Of a stretch of DNA of 59,801 nt, positions 1 to 9,461 are shown piece after piece. The stretch is taken from the NCBI GenBank assembly GCA_964570965.1, contig CAZNAX010000004.1, positions 1 to 59,801 on the forward strand. The letters run 5' to 3'. Each line of letters begins with the position of its first letter. The stretch's first letter is position 1. Made by a program: the position numbers and the translations under genes. Below the pieces are notes generated by a model, which made no database searches, was not told the DNA's origin, and saw only the letters and a program-made list of their open reading frames with translations. Origin of the DNA: an uncultured Desulfatibacillum sp. Its GTDB lineage: Bacteria; Desulfobacterota; Desulfobacteria; Desulfobacterales; SpSt-501.

Positions 1-1
1 C

Positions 2-442
2 ATGGAGCGTTTCCGCGAGAAGAGCCAAGGCCCGATCCTGAGAAAGGCATCGGAGATCTTCAACCGGATCACCTGCGGATCGTTCGAAGGCCTGCGGGCG
101 GAGCAAGGCCCCGACGGCCATCCGGTGCTGGTCGGAGTGCGCCGGCAGGGCAAAGAGGCCGTGGCGGTCGAGGGCATGAGCGATGGAACGGCCGATCAGC
201 TCTTCCTTTCCCTGCGCCTGGCCGGCCTCGATCACTATCTCGATGCGAACGAACCCATGCCGTTCATCGTTGACGATATCCTGATCAAGTTCGACAATGC
301 CCGCGCGGCCGCCGCCCTGCAGGCGCTTGCGGAGCTCTCCGGAAGAACCCAGGTGATCGTCTTCACCCACCACCGGCACCTGGCGGAACTGGCGGCAAGG
401 GACTTGCCCGGATCGGTTCTGATCGAGCATCATCTCAACTAA
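2..442 (+). CDS. C-terminal fragment of YhaN-family SMC/Rad50-like AAA ATPase (5' truncated by window)
   Basis: Signature-like MSDGTADQLFLSLRLA, Walker B PFIVDD, H-loop FTHH; ORF runs off the left edge. Confidence 0.8.
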   Translation: MERFREKSQGPILRKASEIFNRITCGSFEGLRAEQGPDGHPVLVGVRRQGKEAVAVEGMSDGTADQLFLSLRLAGLDHYLDANEPMPFIVDDILIKFDNARAAAALQALAELSGRTQVIVFTHHRHLAELAARDLPGSVLIEHHLN

Positions 443-539
443 ATCGGCGTCAAAAGCGTGCGGGCCCGGAAATACGCCCTGCGTACGGCGCCTGTGCCGG
501 ATCTGGAGAATCAACTCCGGCTTTTTTTAAGGAGCGCTG

Positions 540-1877
540 ATGCAACCCACCACGATTGAACAGATTTCGCACCGGATTTGTGCGTGGCGCCCCGAGGACA
601 TTCCGGATGCCGCCCTGGACCAAGGGGCATGGTGCGTATTGGATCTGCTGGGTGCGGCCATGGCCGGGTGGGAGCAGGGATCTGCGCGCGCGGCGCGCCA
701 TTTCGCCGGCCGGTTTTTCCCGAGCGGACCTGCCACCGTTTGGTTTTCTCGGGATCGTCTGGCGGCGCCGGGTGCGGCTTTCTGCAATGCGGCTGCCGCC
801 AGCGCTTTGGATCTGGACGACGGGAACCGGGCGGCCGGCGGGCATCCGGGCGCAGCGCTCGTTCCCGCAGCGATCGCCGTGGCTCAACACAACCATTCCA
901 GCGGTCACGACGTACTGGCCGCGCTGGTGATCGGTTACGAAACCGCGGTGCGGGCGGCCGCTGCGCGCCATCCAGCCACCCTGGACACGTTTTCGACCGG
1001 ACGCTGGTGCGGATACGGTGCGGCCGCCATCCGCTGCCGGCTGGAGGGCCGAGGGGCCGAGGTCCTGGCGCATGCCATGGCGATCAGCGGGATTCATGCG
1101 CCCCTGCAGTCGGCTTCGGCCTACAGCCGGTTCGGGCATCACACCAAAGAAGGCATCCCCTGGGGAACCCTGACCGGCTTGGCCGCGGTGGACCTGGCCG
1201 CCGTTGGCTTTGCCGGGCCTTTGGACATCTGGGATCACGCCGGCTATTACCGTCCGCAGGACATCTCGCAGGGCTTCGGCGAAGATTGGGCCATTTTAAA
1301 GACCTATTTCAAAGCATATGCCTGCTGCCGTTGGCTGCATGCCGCTCTGGATGCCTGGCAGGATCTGATCGGGCAGGGGCTCTGCGCCGGGGAGACGGAG
1401 CGGGTCGATGTTTTTACCTTCCAACGGGCCGTCGACCTCAACAACCTGCCAGACCCCGCCACGCTGGAGCAGGCCCAGTTTTCTCTGCCGTTCTGCCTGG
1501 CGGCGCTGGCGTTGAAAGGCCCTCATGCGCTATTGCCCCTGTCGGCCGATCTCTTGGGCCGGCCGGAGCTTGCGGCTTTCGCACGAAAGGTCAGCCTGTT
1601 TTGCGACCCGGCGATGGAGTCCGAGTTTCCGGTCCGCGCCGGGGCGCGCCTGGTGGTTCGCACGCCGAAGCGAACCTTCTCCAGAGAAGTGCTTAATCCG
1701 CGGGGAGACCCTGGAAATCCGCTTTCGACCGATGACCTGGTTGCCAAATTTCACAGATTGGCCGGCGTGCGTGCGGACCGCACGCAGGCGGAGGCCGTGC
1801 TGCAAGCGGTCCTGAAGTTGAAAAATGCGGGGATAGGAGAGCTGGCAACCGCATTGCAGGCACTTGAATACGATTGA
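540..1877 (+). CDS. MmgE/PrpD family protein (substrate unknown)
   Basis: NAAAASALDLDDG..GHPG and FKAYACCRWLH motifs, C-terminal PRGDPGNPLS; SD AAGGAG upstream. Confidence 0.85.
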   Translation: MQPTTIEQISHRICAWRPEDIPDAALDQGAWCVLDLLGAAMAGWEQGSARAARHFAGRFFPSGPATVWFSRDRLAAPGAAFCNAAAASALDLDDGNRAAGGHPGAALVPAAIAVAQHNHSSGHDVLAALVIGYETAVRAAAARHPATLDTFSTGRWCGYGAAAIRCRLEGRGAEVLAHAMAISGIHAPLQSASAYSRFGHHTKEGIPWGTLTGLAAVDLAAVGFAGPLDIWDHAGYYRPQDISQGFGEDWAILKTYFKAYACCRWLHAALDAWQDLIGQGLCAGETERVDVFTFQRAVDLNNLPDPATLEQAQFSLPFCLAALALKGPHALLPLSADLLGRPELAAFARKVSLFCDPAMESEFPVRAGARLVVRTPKRTFSREVLNPRGDPGNPLSTDDLVAKFHRLAGVRADRTQAEAVLQAVLKLKNAGIGELATALQALEYD

Positions 1878-2064
1878 CCAAAAGGCAACGAGCCGCGCAC
1901 CCGGAAACGGTTCGTATCCAGCTTGCGTCTGGGCGAGGGCGTCATTTCGCCAGCCACAGCGCGACGGCGAAAACAGATGACCCGGTCAGGAAGAGAAGAA
2001 ACGTCGGAATCAGCAGCAAGCGCTAGGTTCGGCCCATTTCAGCCCAATCATACTGCTCAGACGT

Positions 2065-2595
2065 TCAGCCATGTTCCGGGTCTCTCCGATCGGATCCGCT
2101 CGGGTATCGGATGGCGACAACCGTCAGTTCGACTTCGCCCGCCGGCCGTTTCCATGCCACCGTGTCACCCACCCGGGCCTCGGCCAGAGCCGCAGCCAGG
2201 GGCGAGACCCAGCTGATCTTCCCCTGGGATGCGTCGGCCTCGTCCTCGCCGACAATGGCAAAGGTCATGCGCCGGCCTTCAGATGTTTCCACCTCGACCC
2301 GCGCTCCGAAATGAACCTCATCCTCGGGCCGGCCGACCGGGCCGAACAGTACCGCCCGCCGGATCCGCTCTTCGACGTAACGTAGGTCTCGGTCGACGAC
2401 GCGCATCTCCCTTTTGTCTTCCGCCAGCGCCGAGCCGACCAGCGCGTTACGGCGGGCACGCAGCGCATTGAGGCGGTCGACCAGCTGCTGCAGTCCGACC
2501 GGCGTCACATAGTTCACGTGCGGGCTGTGCACCCGCTCCGGAAGCTCTTCGATGATCTGATCACCGTCCGGTTCTCTTACAAAGGCGCGGCTCAT
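2065..2595 (-). CDS. GreA/GreB-family transcription factor (MSRAFV-type, truncated coiled-coil tip)
   Basis: VHFGARV, IVGEDEAD, ISWVSPLAAAL, GDTV of the Gre C-terminal domain; start moved to MSRAF at 2595. Confidence 0.8.
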   Translation of the reverse strand: MSRAFVREPDGDQIIEELPERVHSPHVNYVTPVGLQQLVDRLNALRARRNALVGSALAEDKREMRVVDRDLRYVEERIRRAVLFGPVGRPEDEVHFGARVEVETSEGRRMTFAIVGEDEADASQGKISWVSPLAAALAEARVGDTVAWKRPAGEVELTVVAIRYPSGSDRRDPEHG

Positions 2596-2738
2596 TCGAC
2601 CCTCTGCATGCGTGCAGCCGGCGTCCGGCCGCAAACTTCAGCCGCCAGCCGGCGTTGTATCGAATCGTATCGAATTCTCATAAAACATGTAAGCCTTTTT
2701 TTTGGCAAAGCGACGACCAGTCTACTTCAACGTACAGC

Positions 2739-2767
2739 TTGTGAAATCGCAGGAGGCCGGGTAGAAT
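2739..2767 (+). promoter_or_regulatory. Candidate sigma70 promoter for transketolase-like gene
   Basis: TTGTGA-N17-TAGAAT about 90 nt upstream of ATG 2858, SD AAAGGAG. Confidence 0.5.
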
Positions 2768-2857
2768 CGAAATAAAAAACGACTCATCATTCCGGAGAGA
2801 TCCCCGGCGACCGGCAAAAACAGGCGCCATAGCGCCAACGGAAGAAAGGAGACCGGC

Positions 2858-5209
2858 ATGAGTTTTCAACTTGGCCCCAGACGCGGCGTCTTCATCGATA
2901 TCGGACAGGAAAATCGGCAACGGCCGCTAGCTGCAGATGACTTGGCCTATTTTGAGCAACTCGACCTGATGTATCGTTCGCTGTGCGCCATGCTGTACAA
3001 TTATGTTCCGATGTCCGGGCATCCCGGCGGTTCGATTTCTTCGGGCAGACTGGTGGCCGGGATCGTCTTCGACATGTTGGACTACGATCCCTCCCATCCG
3101 GATCGGGAAGACGCCGATATCGTATCCTACGGGGCGGGGCACAAGACCCTCGGTCTTTATGCCATGTGGGCGCTGCGCAATGAAGTGATGCGCCTCGGAG
3201 CGCCCGAGCTTCTCCCTGTGGATGAAAAACACCAGCTGCGACTGGAGGACCTGCTCGGCTTCCGGCGCAATTCACTGGCGAAGACCCCGCTTTTCCTCAA
3301 ATTCCGGACCAAGGCGTTGGACGGGCATCCGACCCCGGCCACCCCGTTTCTGCGGCTGGCCACCGGAGCGTCGGGGGTCGGGGTTGCGGCATCGCTCGGC
3401 CTGGCCTTCGGCGCGATGGATTATTACGGCGGCAATGCGCCGCGCGTTCATATCGTCGAAGGGGAGGGCGGGATGACGCCCGGCAGAGTCGGCGAAGCCA
3501 TGGCCGCCGCCGGGACGGCCTGTCTCAAGAACGCGATCCTGCATGTCGACTGGAATCAGGCCTCCATCGATTCCAACCGGGTTTGCCGGGACGGGGACTC
3601 CCCGGGTGAATACGTCCAGTGGAACCCGGTCGAATTCGCCCTGCTGCACGACTGGAACGCCATTCTGGTCCCGGACGGCATGAATTTCGAACAAGTCATC
3701 GCCGCCCAGCGGCGGGCCGGGGCCATGTCCAATGACCAGCCCACCGCCATCGTCTATCGCACCCATAAAGGCTGGCAGTACGGCATCGAGGGCCGTGCGT
3801 CGCACGGCGCCGGCCACGGCCTGTGCGCCGATGGTTTTTTCAAGGCGGTCGCACCCTTCATTACATCGACCGGAGCAACCCTGCCGCGCTGCGAAAGCGC
3901 CAACCAGCGCTGCCGGACCGGCCGATCTCCGGAAATTCTCGAAGAATGCTTCTGGGAGGCCTTGACGGTGATCCGCAGCGCCCTCGAAAAGAACCATTCC
4001 TTGGTGGCAGCGCTGGCGCAGCGGCTGCGCGATGCGCGGCGCCGGCTGGAAGACCGGTCCCGCCGCCCCCGCCCGCAGGCTCCGGCGGTTGAGGCTGTTT
4101 TCGATCTGGCCGCAGCAACCAAGATCCGCATACCGCCCGAGCTGACCCTGACACCGGGCCAGCCGGCCACCCTGAGAGGCGAGCTCGGCCGCGTCCTTCA
4201 GTATTATAATCTTGCCAGCCGGGGTGCCGTGCTGACGGCATCCGCCGACTTGTACGGTTCCACCAGCGTCAACACCATCGGCCAGGGTTTTGCGCAAGGC
4301 TGGTACAACGCCGCCTCGAATCCGAATTCGCGGATGCTGGTAACCGGTGGGATTTGCGAAGACGCCATGAGCGGCATTCTGGCCGGTATTTCAACATACG
4401 GGCGTCATCTGGGGGTAGGGTCTTCCTACGGCGCCTTCCTTGCCGGTCTCGGGCATGTCGCCGCCCGCCTGCACGCCATCGGCAATCAGGCCCGGCAGGC
4501 GGTCTTCCAGGAACCGTACCGGCCCTTTGTCCTGGTGTGTGCACACGCGGGCGTCAAGACCGGCGAGGACGGCCCTACGCACGCCGATCCCCAGGCCCTG
4601 CAACTCCTCCAGGGAAACTTTCCCCTCGGCACCATGATCACGCTCACGCCCTGGGACCCCCAGGAGATCTGGACCCTCATGTCGGTTGCCTTGGCTCAGC
4701 GCCCGGCGGTGATCGCGCCCTTTGTCACCCGGCCTTCGGAAACGGTGCTGGATCGGCAGGCGTTGGGGCTGGCACCGGCCACTGCCGCGGCCACGGGCGT
4801 GTATCTCCTGCGCCGGGCGGAAGGGAAACGCGACGGCTCGCTGGTGCTTCAGGGCAGTGATGTCGGCTATGCTTTCATTGAGCAAACGCTGCCGCTTCTC
4901 AAGGCCAATGGTATCGATCTGGATGTGTTCTATGTCGCCAGCGCGGAGCTTTTCGATCTCCTGCCTTCCGCGGAACGGGAAACGATCTATCCCGAGGCAT
5001 CCGCCCAGGAGGCCATGGGGATCACCGGGTTCACGCTTCCGACCATGGAGCGCTGGGTCTGCTCCGGTCGCGGCCGGCAAATGACCCTGCACCCGTTCCG
5101 CAAAGGTCATTTCCTCGGTAGCGGCCAGGCCGACCAGGTGCTGGCGGAGGCCGGGCTGGACGGGGAGAGCCAGTATCAGGCCATTCGACGCTATCTGGAG
5201 GAGGCTTAA
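2858..5209 (+). CDS. Divergent transketolase-like ThDP-dependent enzyme
   Basis: SGHPGGSIS, GHK, DGHP, GEG..WN (GDG..N variant), GICEDAM, GEDGPTH motifs; 783 aa. Confidence 0.75.
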   Translation: MSFQLGPRRGVFIDIGQENRQRPLAADDLAYFEQLDLMYRSLCAMLYNYVPMSGHPGGSISSGRLVAGIVFDMLDYDPSHPDREDADIVSYGAGHKTLGLYAMWALRNEVMRLGAPELLPVDEKHQLRLEDLLGFRRNSLAKTPLFLKFRTKALDGHPTPATPFLRLATGASGVGVAASLGLAFGAMDYYGGNAPRVHIVEGEGGMTPGRVGEAMAAAGTACLKNAILHVDWNQASIDSNRVCRDGDSPGEYVQWNPVEFALLHDWNAILVPDGMNFEQVIAAQRRAGAMSNDQPTAIVYRTHKGWQYGIEGRASHGAGHGLCADGFFKAVAPFITSTGATLPRCESANQRCRTGRSPEILEECFWEALTVIRSALEKNHSLVAALAQRLRDARRRLEDRSRRPRPQAPAVEAVFDLAAATKIRIPPELTLTPGQPATLRGELGRVLQYYNLASRGAVLTASADLYGSTSVNTIGQGFAQGWYNAASNPNSRMLVTGGICEDAMSGILAGISTYGRHLGVGSSYGAFLAGLGHVAARLHAIGNQARQAVFQEPYRPFVLVCAHAGVKTGEDGPTHADPQALQLLQGNFPLGTMITLTPWDPQEIWTLMSVALAQRPAVIAPFVTRPSETVLDRQALGLAPATAAATGVYLLRRAEGKRDGSLVLQGSDVGYAFIEQTLPLLKANGIDLDVFYVASAELFDLLPSAERETIYPEASAQEAMGITGFTLPTMERWVCSGRGRQMTLHPFRKGHFLGSGQADQVLAEAGLDGESQYQAIRRYLEEA

Positions 5210-5526
5210 AGCAACAGTCGATACCCAAAAAAAGCGCCGAGGCCGACGGCGATGGTCGCCAGCAGATTGCGGGTGCGGATTCCGGCGGCCGTGGTCACGA
5301 GTGCGGCAACCAGGTAAGGATTCGAAAAGGACAGATGCCACTCTCCTTTCGGCAGCAATACGGCAGGGAGAGTGATGGCGGTCAGGACGGCCGGAGGAAT
5401 GAACTTGAGCGAGGCTTCGATCCAGGGGGCCATTCGAATCCGGTCCGCCAGCGCAAAGAGAACGTAACGGATACCGAAGGTAACGGCCATCATTCCCGCT
5501 ATCAGGATGCATTCGCTCGCCGTCAT
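5206..5526 (-). CDS. azlD: AzlD-family branched-chain amino acid exporter small subunit
   Basis: [31 protein letters not shown]; ATGA overlap with azlC stop. Confidence 0.85.
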   Translation of the reverse strand: MTASECILIAGMMAVTFGIRYVLFALADRIRMAPWIEASLKFIPPAVLTAITLPAVLLPKGEWHLSFSNPYLVAALVTTAAGIRTRNLLATIAVGLGAFFGYRLLL

Positions 5527-6284
5527 GACGCAAGCGCTCGTTTCGCTTTTTTCAAGTTGCGTTCGGTCATGAGGCCGGCAGCGATCCCCACGAACGCGGA
5601 TACAACGATCCCCAGTTTGTAGGGCAGGTTCAAGCTCAGCAGCGACGCCGCCCCGGCCGCCAAAATGCAGACCGCCACGGGAGTGGTTTTGACGAAAGGG
5701 ATGATCATGCCGATGAAGGTGATGGGCATGGCCACATCCAGCCCCCAATCGGAGGCATCCGGGATCTTTTTTCCCAGCATCAATCCACTCAAGCACCAGA
5801 ACTGCCAGTTCAGATACATGGCGACCGACGAGCCGAGCTGATACCAGTGCTTTTCGGCAGAGGCATCCCCCTGCCGAAACCGATGCACCGTCACGGCGAA
5901 GGTTTCATCCGTCAGCCAGAATGCCAGCGGAATGCGCCATTTTTGGGAGAGGTCTTTCAGGTAGGGCACTAGCGTGGCGCTGTAGAGCATGTGCCGTAGA
6001 TTGACGATCAGGGTCGTCAAGACGATGATTGCCACCGGCGTCTGAGCCGCCACCAGCCCCACCGCGATAAACTGCGAGGAGCCCGCAAAGACAAAGGCCG
6101 ACATCGCCATGGCTGCCGCCGGGGACAACCCCGACGTCGCGGCCACGGCACCGTAAATCAACCCGAACGGGAAGGCGCCCAGAAGCAGCGGCAGCGTATC
6201 CCGTACCCCCCGGATGAATTCCTGTTTTCGCAGTGACAGCGCCACCCCTCCCGGGTGGCTTTTTCCGGCGTCGGTCACAAGCAT
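5523..6284 (-). CDS. azlC: AzlC-family branched-chain amino acid exporter permease
   Basis: [23 protein letters not shown] motifs; start uncertain (ATG 6284 or a downstream GTG). Confidence 0.85.
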   Translation of the reverse strand: MLVTDAGKSHPGGVALSLRKQEFIRGVRDTLPLLLGAFPFGLIYGAVAATSGLSPAAAMAMSAFVFAGSSQFIAVGLVAAQTPVAIIVLTTLIVNLRHMLYSATLVPYLKDLSQKWRIPLAFWLTDETFAVTVHRFRQGDASAEKHWYQLGSSVAMYLNWQFWCLSGLMLGKKIPDASDWGLDVAMPITFIGMIIPFVKTTPVAVCILAAGAASLLSLNLPYKLGIVVSAFVGIAAGLMTERNLKKAKRALAS

Positions 6285-6466
6285 CTCCCCCGGCCTGCAG
6301 GCGGGAAATCCGGCTGCAGACGTCAGGCCTTGTTTCATTATAGCGGCAAATCCTAATTTTATAGCGCATTTCACCGCTGCCTCCAATTCAAATAATTATG
6401 GATAGTCAGCGTGCGCGATCCCCAAGGAACCCCTGCGAGCATCTGAGCGTACATTCGAATAGAGAT

Positions 6467-6482
6467 CGGTATGTAACTTGCA
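6467..6482 (+). promoter_or_regulatory. Candidate sigma54 (-24/-12) promoter for pilus ATPase operon
   Basis: CGGTATG-TAAC-TTGCA, exact GG-N10-GC spacing, about 95 nt upstream of ATG 6578. Confidence 0.5.
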
Positions 6483-6577
6483 TGGACCCGGGAGGGATTG
6501 AACGCACCTCCTCTCGGCATGATGCCGGCGGCTGGGGTGCCATCTTCTTCTTTCGAATCAAGCGGATGAGGGGGTCT

Positions 6578-8230
6578 ATGAAAAAACGCATAGGCGATAT
6601 TCTGATGGAGATGGGTTTTCTCGGCCAGGACCAGCTCAATATGGCCTTGATGGAGACCCAGAAGACGGGCATCATGCTCGGTGACGTCTTGCGCCGGCTG
6701 GACTGGGTCACCGAGGAAGACCTGCAGATGGCCATTGCCGTTCAAAGCGGTGCCCAAATCCTGGATACCGAAAAAGTGGCTGTCGATCCCAGTCTGGCTT
6801 CGAAAATTCCGATCGAAGTCGTCAACGAACACGGCATGTTACCATTTGCGATAGAGGACGGTACTCTCAACGTCGCCTGCAGCAACCCCTTCGATGTGAT
6901 TGCCCGCGACAAACTGGAGCGCCTGACCGGCTGCCGAGTCAAAACCTTTATCGCCCGCCGATCCTGGATCGCCGGTGCGACCGACCTCTATTACAAGACG
7001 GCCCAGAACATCGACCAGGAGATCGAAGCGATCACGTATTCCGGCAACGGTCAAAACGTCTTCAAGGACGACCAGATTGTGACGCTGTCCGATTTGCTGA
7101 TCGAAAAGGGAAACGTGCTCGGCGCCAGCGATATTCATGTCGTGCCGGACAGCAATCTGGTGCGCATCTATTATCGGATCGACGGGGTTCTTCACCAGAA
7201 GCATCTGTTCGCCCGAGCCTTCCTGCAACCGCTGCTCACCCGTTACAAAATCATGGCGGACATGGATATCTCCAATCCGAACATCCCCCACGACGGTCGC
7301 ATCCGGTACAAGGGCCGCGTGGGGGAATTCGACATCCGGGTGTCCACTTTTCCCACCCAGCTGGGGGAAACCGTCGTGATGCGGCTTCTGATCCACAATA
7401 AGCTGGCCAAGGATTTGAGGGATCTGGGGTTTGAAAACGAAGATCTGATGCGGTTTAAAGCCGCTATCCATCGGCCTCACGGCCTGATTCTGACGACCGG
7501 CCCGACCGGATCCGGCAAGACCACCACGTTGTATTGCGCCCTGATGACGGTGAACAGCCCCAGCATCAACTGCATGACCGTTGAAGATCCCATCGAATAC
7601 GGCATTCCGACCGTTCGGCAGACCGCTGTCAACCCCAAGGCCGGGTTGACGTTCGGCAATGCTTTGCGCTCGGCCCTGCGGCAAGACCCGGATGTCATTC
7701 TCGTGGGGGAGATCCGCGACAGGGAAACCGCGGATTTGGCGTTGCAGGCCTCATTGACCGGCCATCTCGTATTCTCCACGCTGCACACCAATGATGCGGC
7801 CGCGGCGATTAACCGCCTGCTCGACATCGGGGTGAACGCCGGAATTCTCGCCTCGGCCCTGTCGCTGGTCGTCGCCCAACGCCTGGTGAGGCTGCTGTGT
7901 CCCCAATGCATGCTTCGCCGGCCGATCCAAACGGAGGTTCTAAAACTGTTTCAAGACAGAGAGCTATCGCCGCCCACGGAGAGCGCTCATCCGGCCGGCT
8001 GCGACAGCTGCTACCACTCAGGCTATCGCGGGCGCAACGGCGTCTATGAGGTCATTCAGATCGACCGTGCGATCGCCGGCCTTATTTTCTCCGGAGCGCT
8101 GAACCAGGATATCAAAGATGCCGCCGTTCGGGCCGGCACCCATTTGATGTTCAAACAGGCCTTAAAAAAAGTGGCCCAACAGGTGACTTCGATTGAAGAA
8201 GTTTCCCGGGTGATCGCCGACCATGAGTAG
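6578..8230 (+). CDS. GspE/PilB/MshE-family pilus assembly ATPase with N-terminal MshEN domain
   Basis: RIGDIL..MG.L...QL..AL, Walker A GPTGSGKTT, EDPIE, LRQDPDVILVGEIRD, TGH..STLH, CPQC..CDSC zinc motif. Confidence 0.92.
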   Translation: MKKRIGDILMEMGFLGQDQLNMALMETQKTGIMLGDVLRRLDWVTEEDLQMAIAVQSGAQILDTEKVAVDPSLASKIPIEVVNEHGMLPFAIEDGTLNVACSNPFDVIARDKLERLTGCRVKTFIARRSWIAGATDLYYKTAQNIDQEIEAITYSGNGQNVFKDDQIVTLSDLLIEKGNVLGASDIHVVPDSNLVRIYYRIDGVLHQKHLFARAFLQPLLTRYKIMADMDISNPNIPHDGRIRYKGRVGEFDIRVSTFPTQLGETVVMRLLIHNKLAKDLRDLGFENEDLMRFKAAIHRPHGLILTTGPTGSGKTTTLYCALMTVNSPSINCMTVEDPIEYGIPTVRQTAVNPKAGLTFGNALRSALRQDPDVILVGEIRDRETADLALQASLTGHLVFSTLHTNDAAAAINRLLDIGVNAGILASALSLVVAQRLVRLLCPQCMLRRPIQTEVLKLFQDRELSPPTESAHPAGCDSCYHSGYRGRNGVYEVIQIDRAIAGLIFSGALNQDIKDAAVRAGTHLMFKQALKKVAQQVTSIEEVSRVIADHE

Positions 8231-9440
8231 CTACCATTACAAAGCCATCGACGACTCCGGTCGTGTGGTGAAGGGCCACGTGGCCGCGTTCAACGAGGCG
8301 GATGTCGAGCAGGAATTGAAGCGGCGCGGGCTTTTCCTGATTGAGAGCACGGCGCGCAGTGAAAGCCTGGGATCCAAATGGCTCAGCCGCCGGCGCATCC
8401 GGTCCAAGATGCTGATCGAGTTCTACCACCGGTTCGCCCAGACGCTTGAAATCGGACTGCCCATTTTATCCAGCCTGGAGGAAATCGGGCGTTCGCTGCC
8501 CTGCCGGGTATTAAAAGGCGTGGTCGGTGAAGTGCAGTTTGCCGTTGAAGCCGGCAGCAGCCTGCAGGAAGCCATGCACCGCTATCCCTGGGCGTTTCAA
8601 CCGCTCGATCTGGCGATGATCAGCATGGGCGAAAAGAGCGGGGTCCTGCCGAAGTGCCTCAGGGACTTGGCGACCTATCATGAGTGGAAGGCCGAAATTC
8701 GCGCGGTTTTCAAGAAAGCCTTGCTGTACCCGGCGTTCATCGGCTGCGCGATTGCCGCCGTGATCGGCGTGTGGATCGGCTACGTTTTGCCGCAGATGGT
8801 CAAGGTGTTGTCGGAATTGGGTGTGGCTCTGCCTTGGGTGACGACCCTCCTTCTGGACGCGAGCACTTTTTTAAAGGCTGAATGGATGTGGCTGGCCAGC
8901 GGCATGCTGCTTGGCGGCAGCGCTTTTTATCTCTATCAACGCACGGATTCCGGGCGACTGGCGGTTCACCGCCGCCTATTGGCGTTACCGGTCATCGGGG
9001 GCATCGTTCGCAATATGGCCCTCACACGCCTCTGTCATAATTTTGCCACCATGCTCGCCGCTGGCATGACGATCAACAGCATTTTTCAGACCTTGTCCCG
9101 TCGAGCCATGGGCAATCGCTATCTGGAAGAACGATTGGCTGCAGCACACCAAGAGATCGAACGGGGCGAGTCGATTGCAGGGGGCCTTGAGAAGGCGGGC
9201 GGCTTCCCGTCGCTTCTGCTGGGAGCCATCCGTAACGGCGAAACCACCGGAACGATCGATGCATCGTTCAAACGCATGGGCGAACATTATGATCGCGAGG
9301 TCAAGCGCACCATGCAGGTGCTGGTCAATGGCATTGAACCGGTCGCTATTTTTGCCCTTGGCGGAGTTTTCGGAATCATCGTGCTGTCGATCATGCTGCC
9401 GCTATATGACGTGATGGGTGATTTGGGCAAGGCCTACTGA
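8223..9440 (+). CDS. GspF/PilC/MshG-family inner membrane platform protein
   Basis: Two T2SSF repeats (GEKSG.L, LLYP, GETTG.ID, IEPVAI..LGG), three TM segments; overlaps ATPase stop. Confidence 0.92.
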   Translation: MSSYHYKAIDDSGRVVKGHVAAFNEADVEQELKRRGLFLIESTARSESLGSKWLSRRRIRSKMLIEFYHRFAQTLEIGLPILSSLEEIGRSLPCRVLKGVVGEVQFAVEAGSSLQEAMHRYPWAFQPLDLAMISMGEKSGVLPKCLRDLATYHEWKAEIRAVFKKALLYPAFIGCAIAAVIGVWIGYVLPQMVKVLSELGVALPWVTTLLLDASTFLKAEWMWLASGMLLGGSAFYLYQRTDSGRLAVHRRLLALPVIGGIVRNMALTRLCHNFATMLAAGMTINSIFQTLSRRAMGNRYLEERLAAAHQEIERGESIAGGLEKAGGFPSLLLGAIRNGETTGTIDASFKRMGEHYDREVKRTMQVLVNGIEPVAIFALGGVFGIIVLSIMLPLYDVMGDLGKAY

Positions 9441-9461
9441 AGAACCGCGGACCGGAGGCCA

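Noticed and set aside
496-528. GCCGGA..TCCGGC plus T7 terminator-like element before prpD
   Set aside because: Only a 6-bp stem with a 14-nt loop; too weak to list as a feature
1975-2020. SRP RNA-like CCGGTCAGG..AAG..AGCAGC
   Set aside because: Lacks the GGAA tetraloop helix 8 geometry and flanking pairing
2768-2857. TPP or other riboswitch in the transketolase leader
   Set aside because: No CTGAGA/ACCTGAT TPP core or other recognisable aptamer
3272-5533. Antisense ORFs of 341 and 380 aa over the transketolase-like gene
   Set aside because: Shadow ORFs with Arg/Gly/Pro-rich low-information composition
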